DNA of 64,000 nucleotides from a virus (IMGVR_UViG_2920551333_000002:1-64000), one strand, 5' to 3'. Counted from the stretch's first letter, positions 1 to 10,095 are shown. Program-made: numbers and translations. The notes: generated by a model not told the origin, from the letters alone.

Positions 1-4
1 GGGA

Positions 5-37
5 TCGTCGGCAGCGTCAGAAGTGTATAAGAGACAG
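5..37 (+). other. Nextera/Tn5 sequencing adapter remnant (artefact)
   Basis: TCGTCGGCAGCGTCAGAAGTGTATAAGAGACAG matches the Nextera read-1 adapter TCGTCGGCAGCGTCAGATGTGTATAAGAGACAG with one mismatch (pos 22). Confidence 0.95.
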
Positions 38-71
38 GCCCGGCACACCCCGCGACCGTCCCGTAGCGCCG

Positions 72-218
72 ATGGCCACGATCCGGCTCAAACGCAACAC
101 CCGGGCAAGGCTCGCCGCCGCCAGTAAGCAGGAAGAGATGGGCGGCATGGCCGCCATCAACGACGCCATGGAGGCGTACCTGGACGAGCTGGACCTGGAG
201 GAGCACGACTCCGAGTAG
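72..218 (+). CDS. Small ribbon-helix-helix-like protein, possibly the 3' end of a truncated gene
   Basis: MATIRLKRNTRARLAAASKQEEMGGMAAINDAMEAYLDEL: strand-helix-helix pattern; frame is open back to the contig edge. Confidence 0.4.
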   Translation: MATIRLKRNTRARLAAASKQEEMGGMAAINDAMEAYLDELDLEEHDSE

Positions 219-258
219 CGGCACATCCAGGGCTCTACGCCCGGCCGGCGGCAGCGGG

Positions 259-846
259 TCATCCGCGTCGACGACATGAACGCTTCGCCTTCGGCGCGGC
301 AGGCAGGCCGATGCCGTACTGAGCGGCCTTGCCTGCCCAGTGCTGGACCGCCTGCTCAGGGTTCGCCGCAGGCCGGTTCTCCTGCACGTACTCGCGCACG
401 GTACGCCGGAACTTCGGGTCGTCGAACCGCTGCTTGAGACGCCCGAGCTGTTCGGCGTTGAGCGGGTCTGGCTTGCCGACGTCGAGCGACCGCGCCAGCA
501 GCGTGTGCCCCTCCGCGTCCGACAGCAGCCCCTCCTCTGGGCGGCAGCCGTACGGGCACGGCATCGACTCAACGGCGCCCCAGAGGTGACAGGACATCGG
601 CCGGATGTCGTACACGCTGCACTGCCCATCCGCGAGTGCCGGACAGGAGTAGTCCCCCGTCTCGATGAGCTGGGCCAGCGCGTCCCGGTGGTGCGGGATC
701 TTCACGCCCCGCTCGCGGATCCGCTGGTGCTCGCGCGGGTTCATCCCGACCGGGCCGCAGCTATCGACGCACAGCCCCTTGCACCCGGGCTGCGGCACCT
801 TGGCGTACAGCTCGTCGAGGGCGGCGTCCATGTCAGATCGCTTCAT
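259..846 (-). CDS. YkgJ-like cysteine-cluster (Fe-S/Zn) protein
   Basis: CKGLCVDSC...CPALADGQCSVYDIRPMSCHLW motif; start moved to ATG 846. Confidence 0.7.
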   Translation of the reverse strand: MKRSDMDAALDELYAKVPQPGCKGLCVDSCGPVGMNPREHQRIRERGVKIPHHRDALAQLIETGDYSCPALADGQCSVYDIRPMSCHLWGAVESMPCPYGCRPEEGLLSDAEGHTLLARSLDVGKPDPLNAEQLGRLKQRFDDPKFRRTVREYVQENRPAANPEQAVQHWAGKAAQYGIGLPAAPKAKRSCRRRG

Positions 847-1187
847 TCGGTGTCCTTCGCAAATGGAAACGTCGGCGGTCCGCGCCCCCGCAGCGGACCG
901 CCGACGAGCTGGTGCTACTTGTGACGGCGGCCTTGACCTTCGTGGCCGCCCTGAACCGCATGACCCACTTGCCGAGCACCTCGACCACCTCGTTGGTGTT
1001 CGGGTTCCGGCGGGCCGTGGCCTTGTGGTAGCTGCGGTCGAACACGCCGAGTCCGCCGATGCGCACCTCACCGCCGCCGACCACGGCGCTGACGGTGATC
1101 AACGCCTCAACGCCTCTCTTTGCGGCCGCCTTTGCCTGGCGCGTCCGTGCGGCAGGCGTACTCCTCAGTCTGTTCTGCCTTGTTCAT
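833..1187 (-). pseudogene. Frameshifted HU-family DNA-binding protein
   Basis: ATG 1187 with GGAG RBS gives MNKAEQTEE...; the HU C-terminal part (EVRIGGLGVF...ARRNPNTNEVVEV...RFRAA) is in a different frame. Confidence 0.75.
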
Positions 1188-1657
1188 ACTCCACTCCCCG
1201 ATTCGACGGTCCTGTTCTAGAGAACGGTAGAGCCCGCGCCGGGCGTGTCTGACACTCCAGCTGCGTCAGACGCTCATTCTCGGGCACGACCTGTCACACG
1301 GCCTCCCACCATGTGCGCAGGATGGTCTCGCTGCCGGTCAGGCGCCGTGGACGATGGCGGCCAATTCCAACCGGGTCGAGGGAGTCGTTGAGCTACGACC
1401 CGGGGGCCCCTTCGCGGCCCGCCAGGTGGTGCCATACAACGTCGAGTTGACATTTACATGTTGATCGTCGTGGTCCTGACCACCCCAAATATCATTCCGT
1501 CATAGAGGAGACACACAATGGGACGGCCGACAATCGCGGCATCGAGGAGTGCACCCCTTCAAGACGGTTACCTACAGCGATCGTACCGATCCAAAATGCG
1601 CCGACCAGAGTCGAGGCCAACTGATCCCTTGATATTTCCGTATTTCAACCTAAAGTA

Positions 1658-3049
1658 GTGATCACAGGCCGCAATCGAAGGAGACACGTGTTACGCAGAA
1701 CAACGGCAGCAATTACGTTAGCGATTGGGCTGACCGCAGTCCCCGCATCGGCCCACGCTTCTTCCAATGATCCCATCGTAATCACTGGGTCGCCGGTGGA
1801 AAGACCAACGCTGGAGCGGCTCAAGGTAAAGGCTGCTCAATCAGGATCCTCTCTGGAGGAAGCGATCGAGCAGTACGCGACAGAGGCGAGCGCCACTGCC
1901 ACCGTCAAGCCGAACTGGCCCGACGGGCCTCCCGGACGTCCAGAGGTGAGCATCGATGATCTGGACCTAACCGAGATAGACGATCTGAAGGGCCTCGCCA
2001 AGACGATGGGCATGAGCCTGGAAGAATCCATCGACCGATGGGGATGGTCGGAGACTTTCCGCGATTTTTCAAAGAATCTCCGAAATCGATTCCCCGGGGA
2101 AGTCGCCGCCCTCGCCATTGTCGACAATGGACGTGGCGCAGCAGTGGGGTTCAAGGGTTCCATTCCGTCCAATGTGGCCGAGTTGGCCAAGTCCCTGCCA
2201 GTACGGGTGGAACTGTCGGACAATAAAGGTTACACCGAACAAGAATTCCATGACGCGGTAACACGGGCAAAAGAGACCGTGACAGCACAACCCGAGGTCG
2301 AAATAGCCGAAGTTTCGGACGCGAACCCCGTGACCGGCGAAATCACGCTTAAGTTCAAGGCGAAGGCGGCAGTTCGCTCAACAGTCTCCATCGAATCCCT
2401 GCAAGCACGGACTCGGGATGCTGTGGCACTCGCCACAATCCGCGTGGGCGTCATCAGTGACGACACCCTCACAGGACGCGTCCTGGAGGATCAGTACATT
2501 CGGGGCGGTGGCTGGCTGGAACAAACCCTGGGCACACACCACTGCACGTCTGGCTTCAACATCACCAATGGGACGACCCGCAGGTCAAGCACTGCAGAGC
2601 ATTGTGCGGACGCAGAGTACCTCTGGTACAACAATCACCCCACACAGGGCGGCGATCATACCACCATTTCACGGATGTTCCGGTCACCCACATATGATGT
2701 CGCGAGCTACAACCAGGGAGGCAAGACCCTTACTCGCACATTCTATGCCGACCTCAACGACCCGCGATACGCTGACGGCTGGAGTTATCCAGGCATCGGG
2801 GACCCCGTTTGCAAATACGGCCGTGAAACCGGTCATACATGTAGCTACGTCGCTCATTACTCTGGCAGCGATGGAGTGTGGGTTACGGAGCACGACATCT
2901 CGACTGGCGGCGACAGCGGAGGTCCGTGGTTCTACAATAGAATAGCGTACGGGATTCACATGGGCAAAGTCGGCGGACTTTCTTCGTTCACTTCGGTAGC
3001 GACCGTTTACAGTCCATGGGGCGCCAACTGGACCGTGTGGACCCGTTAG
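1658..3049 (+). CDS. Secreted S1 (chymotrypsin/streptogrisin-like) serine protease with pro-domain
   Basis: Signal peptide (AHA); CTSGF, TAEHC and GDSGGPW motifs; lower GC than flanks. Confidence 0.85.
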   Translation: MITGRNRRRHVLRRTTAAITLAIGLTAVPASAHASSNDPIVITGSPVERPTLERLKVKAAQSGSSLEEAIEQYATEASATATVKPNWPDGPPGRPEVSIDDLDLTEIDDLKGLAKTMGMSLEESIDRWGWSETFRDFSKNLRNRFPGEVAALAIVDNGRGAAVGFKGSIPSNVAELAKSLPVRVELSDNKGYTEQEFHDAVTRAKETVTAQPEVEIAEVSDANPVTGEITLKFKAKAAVRSTVSIESLQARTRDAVALATIRVGVISDDTLTGRVLEDQYIRGGGWLEQTLGTHHCTSGFNITNGTTRRSSTAEHCADAEYLWYNNHPTQGGDHTTISRMFRSPTYDVASYNQGGKTLTRTFYADLNDPRYADGWSYPGIGDPVCKYGRETGHTCSYVAHYSGSDGVWVTEHDISTGGDSGGPWFYNRIAYGIHMGKVGGLSSFTSVATVYSPWGANWTVWTR

Positions 3050-3097
3050 AGAGTAAACTTCGGCGCCGCTCCAGCCAAAGGAACGGCGCTGAAGCCC

Positions 3098-3583
3098 CTA
3101 ATCGAGCACGAAATCGTCGTTCAAAACGAGCAGTGAATCAGCACCTTGCAAGCATGGCGCAGGAATGTCGACACTCCGGAACTCCTCAGCTCTGGCCGAC
3201 ACCGCCCCGCCAGACACTGCGAAGTGGTCTCCTTCGAGAAGAAGCGAACCGTTCTTTAGACGGACACCTCGCTTCCCACGAGCCACCAGGGGCTCCACAC
3301 CTTTGGGCCACACAATTGCCGCGTGTCGACCTTTCGCCGGCCGGTCCGCCATTGCGAGACATCTCCCCTTGGCTACGTACATGAGGACACCGGAAACCGA
3401 AGCCTCCATGGCAGTAGGAAATTCATGGATTAGAATCCTAGGATCGGTTCCGATGTAGCGCACGAGAGGCTTAGTCGCCTCTTTGCCGTCACTTGCGGAA
3501 CCTGAGCTACAGCCCGCAAAGAGGACGTACGACATCAAAATACCGATGACACCAATGCTGCGGATCCTCGTTCGGGAAATCAA
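3098..3583 (-). CDS. Lipoprotein, convergent with the protease gene
   Basis: Basic N-terminus, hydrophobic stretch, lipobox FAGC. Confidence 0.65.
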   Translation of the reverse strand: MISRTRIRSIGVIGILMSYVLFAGCSSGSASDGKEATKPLVRYIGTDPRILIHEFPTAMEASVSGVLMYVAKGRCLAMADRPAKGRHAAIVWPKGVEPLVARGKRGVRLKNGSLLLEGDHFAVSGGAVSARAEEFRSVDIPAPCLQGADSLLVLNDDFVLD

Positions 3584-4037
3584 CGCTGCTACTTCCTGAC
3601 ATCGTGCAGGCGCGTCACTTGCGACTAGACCGGCTTATTGTACCCGGAGCGAGGCACCAGCGGAAGCTTGTGATTGCAACTCCGTATTGCGGAAATCCCG
3701 CCTCTCACCCGCTATCCGTCAGAGGCTTGTGGTGCGTGAGTGGCTTTGCGGTTGAACCTTGATGCCCCCTACACCGTCGAGACCTGCCATTGGTTGACAC
3801 TGCGGAGGGCGCCGAAGGCTACGGGGTCCAGTGCGCTGCTCCTTTCTAGTTCGTCGGGGCGCGCCGCCCCTTAAGAAGAGGCAGCAGGCGGGATAAGCGC
3901 CGTCAGACTGGGACGGAGGGATCGAGGTCGCGGTCATCTGGACGACGTGGCGGGTGGCCATGTCGGTCTCCTTCGGTTTGAAGCGAGGCCCTGCCCGCTG
4001 AGCGCGCAAGGCCAATTGTGGTTCCGCTATCGACGGG

Positions 4038-7000
4038 TCAAGCTACGAGGTCGTAGTCGAACCTGGAGAGCTCGATACCTAGGAACGCCTCGATGAGGGC
4101 GCAGGTCAGGATCTCGGCCATGGGCGGCGGTACCGCGTTGCCGATCAACTTGACCTTGTCGCGGGCGGTGTCGGCGACGAACACGTACCGGTCCGGGAAC
4201 GACTGTGCCCGCTGCAACTCCGGGATCCGAAGCATCCTGAACAGGATGGACGACACGTCGATCTGCCCGTCCGGGGTGAGCAGCGCCCACCGGTCTCGGG
4301 TCGGGATCGTCCCCAGCGGCTCGTGCACGCTCTGCGTGCGCCCGTTGCCGTAGTACGCCATGAGCAGCGTCTCAGGCAGGGGCAGGCCGGGCGGCGCGGT
4401 GAGGAGCGACTGGTGCCCTGCCGTGGTGACGGTGCGCATGTGCTCGCTCGCCGGGGTGACGTGCTCGCGCCCGTCGCCCCTGCTGCCGTTGTTCCGCATG
4501 AGCAGCGCTGGCGGCGGGAGCCAGCCGGGAGGGACGCCGAGCCCGTGGTGGAAGCCGCCGGCCGTGACCGCGTGGGCGGGGTCATCGAACGCGGGCCTTG
4601 ATTTGAACTCGTCGCCACCGCCCCGGAACGGGAACACCAGCGGCAACATGCCGTCCTTGACGGCCGGGTCAGTAGCGAGCCCGTGGTTGGAGCCGTCCGA
4701 GACGAGGGTCGCCAGCGGGTCCGTGGTCGGGTCGGTGTTACGCGGCCGACCCGACCTCATCAGCGACAGGAACGAGGGGAACGCTCCTGATTGCGCCTCC
4801 GGCGGGAAGGCGATGCCGTCCTCGTTCCGGGTGGTGCTGGTCCGCTTCGGCATGCTGACCGGCCGCGCCGTCTTCCCGTCGCGGCCTTCGCAAGGCACGA
4901 CGAGGGCGTTCGCTTCGCGGGTGGTGAGCGCGAGGATCGGCTCGTCCACTCCCCTGGGCCCGTCGTTCCAGGTGCCGCCCGCGGGGACGGTGAACGGCTT
5001 GATCCAGTGCTCCTCGACCCCGGCGCGGATGCGGGCGATCGTCTTCGGCGCCAGGCCCTCGGGCTTCTTCTTCGTCTTCTTCCGGGAGCCGATCGGTGTG
5101 CCGAGGTCGGACCAGTCGATCGTGTACGCGGCCGGGAGCACCGGCGGTTCGATGATCTGCCCCTGGCAGGCGACCTCGGGGCACACCCACACGTATTGGC
5201 CGGTCTTGATGCCGTAGACGCCCATGTCCACGCCGCGCTTCTTCCACGCGCGGACGGCCTGCACCCATCCGCCGTGGCGGGGGCAGAAGCAGTGTGGGTC
5301 GAACCACTTGCGGTAGTTCGGCGTGCGACCCACGGACTCGTGGATGCCGGAGATGAGCATGCGGTCGCGGGACTGCGGCGTCGGCAGCGTGGTCCGTCCC
5401 TGCACGTGCGCGGCGTTGACGGCGTGGATCTGGATGATGTAGCCGAGCTTCCGCAGCTCCCGGATCCATCGGTCCCAGTGCGCCCACAGACGGGCCTGCA
5501 CAACGTTCTCGACGCCGAACCCGAGCACCGGCTTGCCGTGCTTCTCCTGGCAGTGACGCAGGTAGGTGACGACCTCCTCCATCAGCGCCCGCGACCGGAT
5601 GCGGGTCTTCTGGTGCTCGGTCAGGTCGTCCAGGTCGTCGGCCCACAGGGCCATCTGGTTTTCCTTGTCGAAGTACCGCGTCTCGCCCGAGGCCGTGGAG
5701 AACGCGGGGCAGTTGTGGACGGTGATGCCGTCCGCGACGTACGACTCGTCGTCGGCGACGTGGATGTTGTAGACCAGCTCCAGACGTCTGGTGCTGGCCG
5801 GGTGGTGGGTGTTCGACCAGCGGTGGCCTTCGGCTTCGGCGTACTGGGAGCGCTGCGGGCCGGCTGTGATCCAGGACACGGTCCAGGTCGGCCGCTCGTT
5901 GACGGGCCGTCCGTCGATGATTCGTTGCCGATTGCGGGCGGGCTGGTAGCCGAGGTTGGCGACGTGCCCGAGCGAGTTGGCCAGCATCCGGATACCGATG
6001 GCCAGCTTCTTGGACACGGTGGACGCCCTGGTGTACTTCGCGTCAATGCAACCGTCCGCCGACAGGTAGCCGTCGAGCAGCGCCTCACGCCACGCTCGTG
6101 GCATGGTCATCGCCCAGGCGGGGATGGTCTTGCCGTGGGCGTGCTGCCCGAAATGCTCGGCCATCCACTCGACCAGGCCCCGGTGTGACGCGACGAATCG
6201 GGCGGCGGTCTTGGTCCGGCCTCGGTTCCAGGTCAACTCGTGGAGGGCGTCGAGCTTCTGGGCTAGGTCCTCCACCTCGTGGTAGCCGCAGGTGATGGCC
6301 AGGTCGTACCGCCCGTGATCAGGGTTGCGGCGGACGCTGGCCCGCCTGCAGCGGTCCGAGCAGAACAGCCGAACACGGCCCGTGGTGCTCTTGCCGTGCT
6401 GCCTTGTCTTGCCGCCGCATATGACGCACGACGATCCAGCCGGCTGGGAGCGTCGGCGCAGGCTGGGGTCGAGCTTGGTTGATCGCTTAGCTCGCAGCCA
6501 GCCGTCGCCGACCCACCGGCCGACCATCCACCAGAACTCCGGCGTGAACTCCATGCCGCGCCCGCCGACCTCCGGCACCGGCAGAGGTTCGCCGAAGTCG
6601 GTCGGGGTCGCCCACCAGGTGCCTGGCCCGAGGTCCTTCGCTTCGGTCCATTCGGACTCGTCAGCGACGGAGTGCCGGTACGTGCGAGCGTCGTTGTCCC
6701 ATACGCGGCTGCGCTTTCGGGTGTAGAAGGGGTGCTCGGCGGTGGTTTCGATGCCCTGATGGAATCCCTTGCCGGACACGATGACGGTGGGAGCGAGCTT
6801 ACGCATGGTGCCGGTAACCAGACGCCAGCGGCGCTGGTGGGTGAACACCTCGTCGCCTTCGCGAACCTCCTCGATGGGGACGAGGCCGCGACGGGTGAGG
6901 ATGAGCGTGCCCGCGACGAAGCACGCCGGCGAGGCCCAGAAGAAGCTGGCGTAGGGGAACTTGTCGATGGCGTCAGCGGCCTGGACGTCGCCGAGCCAGA

Positions 7001-7169
7001 AGTTCACGTTGGGATGGTTCTTGACGTACGTCCACTTCGCGGGCTTGGCGTGGTTGGCTGCGAACTTGATTTTGGTGCCGGGGACGGCAGCGATCCCGGT
7101 TCCGGATCCGCCACCGCCCGCGAACATTTCGACCACGTCGATGTCGTCGGGGAAGAGCCGGTTCAGCAC
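4038..7169 (-). CDS. C5 cytosine DNA methyltransferase interrupted by an intein
   Basis: Motif I EMFAGGGG, motif IV WASPA/C, VENV, PQSRDR, RAQSFP, IGNAVPP; GTG 7169 with AGGGAG RBS. Confidence 0.9.
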   Translation of the reverse strand: MLNRLFPDDIDVVEMFAGGGGSGTGIAAVPGTKIKFAANHAKPAKWTYVKNHPNVNFWLGDVQAADAIDKFPYASFFWASPACFVAGTLILTRRGLVPIEEVREGDEVFTHQRRWRLVTGTMRKLAPTVIVSGKGFHQGIETTAEHPFYTRKRSRVWDNDARTYRHSVADESEWTEAKDLGPGTWWATPTDFGEPLPVPEVGGRGMEFTPEFWWMVGRWVGDGWLRAKRSTKLDPSLRRRSQPAGSSCVICGGKTRQHGKSTTGRVRLFCSDRCRRASVRRNPDHGRYDLAITCGYHEVEDLAQKLDALHELTWNRGRTKTAARFVASHRGLVEWMAEHFGQHAHGKTIPAWAMTMPRAWREALLDGYLSADGCIDAKYTRASTVSKKLAIGIRMLANSLGHVANLGYQPARNRQRIIDGRPVNERPTWTVSWITAGPQRSQYAEAEGHRWSNTHHPASTRRLELVYNIHVADDESYVADGITVHNCPAFSTASGETRYFDKENQMALWADDLDDLTEHQKTRIRSRALMEEVVTYLRHCQEKHGKPVLGFGVENVVQARLWAHWDRWIRELRKLGYIIQIHAVNAAHVQGRTTLPTPQSRDRMLISGIHESVGRTPNYRKWFDPHCFCPRHGGWVQAVRAWKKRGVDMGVYGIKTGQYVWVCPEVACQGQIIEPPVLPAAYTIDWSDLGTPIGSRKKTKKKPEGLAPKTIARIRAGVEEHWIKPFTVPAGGTWNDGPRGVDEPILALTTREANALVVPCEGRDGKTARPVSMPKRTSTTRNEDGIAFPPEAQSGAFPSFLSLMRSGRPRNTDPTTDPLATLVSDGSNHGLATDPAVKDGMLPLVFPFRGGGDEFKSRPAFDDPAHAVTAGGFHHGLGVPPGWLPPPALLMRNNGSRGDGREHVTPASEHMRTVTTAGHQSLLTAPPGLPLPETLLMAYYGNGRTQSVHEPLGTIPTRDRWALLTPDGQIDVSSILFRMLRIPELQRAQSFPDRYVFVADTARDKVKLIGNAVPPPMAEILTCALIEAFLGIELSRFDYDLVA
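5712..6923 (-). mobile_element. Intein (404 aa) with LAGLIDADG homing endonuclease
   Basis: Starts CFVAGTLILT; block B TTAEHPFY; LAGLIDADG-like WMVGRWVGDG and LLDGYLSADG; ends VYNIHVADDESYVADGITVHN followed by Cys. Confidence 0.93.
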
Positions 7170-7656
7170 CCGGACTCCCTGCAGGACGACTCCTCGCAGA
7201 CGGCACGCACGTGCCGATACACATGGACGAGCGCCTGCGCGGAGTGATTTTGGGCAGGGGGTACTGCAGAGTGGCAATTCATCTGTGGTGTTACCTTTCG
7301 CAACAAGCGAGGGGGTAGAACGAAAGCGAGAGCTGGGTGGCCCAACGGAGCACGGCCAGCCATGCCTTCTCGGAGGAGAGATAGGCCTTGTCGTTCGCCA
7401 AGGCGGGCGCGGCGGTCAGGGTGTGCTCGGGCCACGTGTAGTACGGGTTCCGGGCGCGCAGCCATATGCGGTGGTGGCGGCTGTCTACATCGACCTGGCG
7501 AGCGATCAGATGTGAGGCCCGATCGACACAACAGCGGTTCGTCACGCGCTGGATCTCTCTAATGACGATCTTCAGCCGGATCTGCTGATTTCAGACGCGT
7601 CCACCCGGCGACGGGAGAGAATCTAGGGCATCCCTCACTACATCCACGGAGGTCGA

Positions 7657-8364
7657 ATGTCCAAAGACGAACCGTCTGGCCGAAATGTCTCGAACGTCGG
7701 CCTTGGCAACCACGCAGCTGGTGAGCAGGCCAACTACCAAGTAGTAAGCGATCAGCAGGTGCACATCCGAGCGCATGATGGTGGCACGGTCAACATCATC
7801 ACTGTCCGGAGTAACGAGAACCTACTGGAGACATTCCCAGGATTGGTGCTGATCAGTGTCTTTCTAGAGGATGCAGCGGACGCGGAAGTGATCGAGGATG
7901 CGGTTCGAGCGGCCGCAGAGCAGCTTGGCCTCGATATCGTCGCGGACAGCCCCCCGATTCTCGGATCCTGGTTCAAGCGCATGCTCGCTCGTGGAAGGGC
8001 CGAATTCACCGAGGAGAGGATCCGCGCAACTATCGAGGGCGCCGTCCGCGCAGTGGAACTGGAGCAGGTCGAGAAGAGACAGGCCCAGGTGAACGCGACC
8101 AACATAGGTGCGGTCGCTGAGCTCATCGAGAAGCTGAACGACACACCCGCCGCAGTCGTACAGATCGGCTCGCTGATCCTAATCAAGGAGCCTGAGACGC
8201 TGGTGGTACGGGAGCTCACACCCCTAGAGCAAGCCACGTTGCGAGATAATCCAATCCTCCTCAAGAATGCGCAGGCAGCGGCGGCAGTCCTTAACTCTGG
8301 ACAAAGAGGGAGTACCAACGTCACGATCGAGCAGCCACCGGCGGCGCCTCAGATCGCCGGATAA
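7657..8364 (+). CDS. Hypothetical moron protein, paralogous to C-terminal domain of 48075-49052
   Basis: GGAGG RBS; antisense to flanking genes; PPILGSWFKR...QAQVNATN...IGSLILIK shared with 48075 ORF. Confidence 0.75.
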   Translation: MSKDEPSGRNVSNVGLGNHAAGEQANYQVVSDQQVHIRAHDGGTVNIITVRSNENLLETFPGLVLISVFLEDAADAEVIEDAVRAAAEQLGLDIVADSPPILGSWFKRMLARGRAEFTEERIRATIEGAVRAVELEQVEKRQAQVNATNIGAVAELIEKLNDTPAAVVQIGSLILIKEPETLVVRELTPLEQATLRDNPILLKNAQAAAAVLNSGQRGSTNVTIEQPPAAPQIAG

Positions 8365-8406
8365 TCATGGCCCCCACCTGAGGAGGGGGCCATGTACGGT
8401 CGGCGG

Positions 8407-10050
8407 CTACTGCTCGGCGGGGATGACCACGACGACTGTGCTGACGCCGGTCGCTGGGGCGAACGAGTTCTCGGGCAGTTCCTCGAACCAGCCGTCGCGC
8501 TCCTCCACCAGGGCGCGGAACTGCTCGGCTGCCTTGGACTGGTGGTGCAGCACCCCGGCGGCCATCACCGCGACGAGGCGGCCGCCGGGATTGAGGAAGC
8601 GCAGCGCGTGGCGGACGTGGAGGATGTCCTTGCCGCCGGAGAACGGCGGGTTCATCACGATCCGGTCGTAGCTCTCCTGCTCCACCTGCTCCACCTGCTC
8701 CAGGTCGAGGAAGTCCTGGCGGCGGACGCAGTTCACGCCGGGAACGCGCTCAACGAGGACGTTCGCCAGGCCATTGTCGATCTCCACGCAGTCCACGACC
8801 GCGCCGAGCACAACAGCCGCCAGAGCGATGTTGCCGGTGCCCGCGGAGGGTTCGAGCACGGTCATGCCGGGCTCAATCTCGGCCAGCCCCAACAGCCTGT
8901 CCACCACGGTCGACGGACTGACGAACGCTTCCCGCCCGGCACCCACCTGCATGTTGCTGACGGTCTGCGCGGCCGCCTGCAGCCGCTCCGTGTCGAGCTT
9001 CGCCACCTCGACCTTCGGCCTGGCCGGGGCCTTCTTCGCAGGCCGGCTGGTCGTAGTGACTGCGGGCCCGTTCTCGCCGTGCGGGCAGTCAACGCGGCGG
9101 ATGTCGGTGAACTTCACCTTGTCGGGCCAGGAATAGCCGGACTCGACGGCGACCGTGACCGTGTTGACCTTCACCACGGTGCGCGCCCGAATCCCCCAGT
9201 AGTGCACGACATCGCCGACGTGCACGTTGTGCTTGTCCCACATGACGTACTCGCCCGCCTCGATCGCGGCAGCGAGCTGCGCCCGGTCGTATTCGAGCTG
9301 GTTCTCAAGCTGCGCTTTACGGGCGAGTTGCATCTCCCGGTAGTCACCCTGGGCGGGCGCGTGGTCCTCGATGTAGCGCGGGTTACCTGCGTAGTCGAGG
9401 TGCCTGCGCTCGTAACCGTCCAGGTTCTTTTGGATCTGGCGTAGCTCGGCTTCGGCCCTCTCGATCCGGCGCCTGGTCACGGCCGGAGTCGCCGAGCGGG
9501 CCATCTGGCGGCCGACCGCATTCGCACGGTCGGCAGCGCTCTGCGCCGCCTTGTCCTCGTCGATGCTCTTGCGCATCGCGGCGTCCATGCGCTTCCGGTC
9601 GCGCCGTGCGCCCCGCTCGGAGTGATGGCCGACGAGGATCGGCTGGCCAGCCGCGAACCGCTCGCTGATCTGATGCGCTCGGTCGTGCGCGGCCGCTGCC
9701 TCGCCGGCGTGCCGCTCGGCCTTTCGCTCCAGCGCGTCGCGTCGGTCGTCGAGCCGGTCGGCTCTGTCTTCCAGGACCTGGGCGCGGTCGCGGTGCTCGT
9801 CGTCGATCTCGACTTCGACCTCGAACCCCGCCTCGCGCAGGGCCTTCGCCGCGGCGTTGATAGCCCAGCGGTCGGCGACCCTGTCCCGGCTGTTGCGGAG
9901 CCCGATCATGCGGATGGAGGGGAAGAACTTGAAGTTGCCGTTCTCCCACTTGCGGATGAGGTCGTACACGCCGTCGCCCTTGCGGGTGCCGTAGACGAGC
10001 GTGCCGTCCTCGTGGTTGTGCTTGATCGTGATCAAAGTTCCTCGCTTCAT
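8407..10050 (-). CDS. DUF3560 domain fused to class I (amino-type) methyltransferase
   Basis: GQPILVGHHSE (DUF3560 signature); VLEPSAGTG and MNPPF methyltransferase motifs. Confidence 0.85.
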   Translation of the reverse strand: MKRGTLITIKHNHEDGTLVYGTRKGDGVYDLIRKWENGNFKFFPSIRMIGLRNSRDRVADRWAINAAAKALREAGFEVEVEIDDEHRDRAQVLEDRADRLDDRRDALERKAERHAGEAAAAHDRAHQISERFAAGQPILVGHHSERGARRDRKRMDAAMRKSIDEDKAAQSAADRANAVGRQMARSATPAVTRRRIERAEAELRQIQKNLDGYERRHLDYAGNPRYIEDHAPAQGDYREMQLARKAQLENQLEYDRAQLAAAIEAGEYVMWDKHNVHVGDVVHYWGIRARTVVKVNTVTVAVESGYSWPDKVKFTDIRRVDCPHGENGPAVTTTSRPAKKAPARPKVEVAKLDTERLQAAAQTVSNMQVGAGREAFVSPSTVVDRLLGLAEIEPGMTVLEPSAGTGNIALAAVVLGAVVDCVEIDNGLANVLVERVPGVNCVRRQDFLDLEQVEQVEQESYDRIVMNPPFSGGKDILHVRHALRFLNPGGRLVAVMAAGVLHHQSKAAEQFRALVEERDGWFEELPENSFAPATGVSTVVVVIPAEQ

Positions 10051-10095
10051 GCGAAGCGCAGGACGGCCACCCGCCGCCCTGCGCGGGGGTGGTGA

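Noticed and set aside
19-37. Genuine Tn5/IS50 mosaic end
   Set aside because: It is preceded by the Nextera-specific TCGTCGGCAGCGTC and there is no transposase; this is an artefact.
3669-3697. Additional copy of the 24-bp palindrome
   Set aside because: Only the TGATTGC half matches; too degenerate to count.
7163-7562. Small ORFs upstream of the methyltransferase (for example 7291-7545)
   Set aside because: No clear RBS or recognisable motif; could be a gene remnant but I cannot support it.
8676-8702. CCTGCTCCA x3 as a phase-variation tract
   Set aside because: The 9-bp unit keeps the frame (EQV repeats), so it cannot switch the gene on or off.
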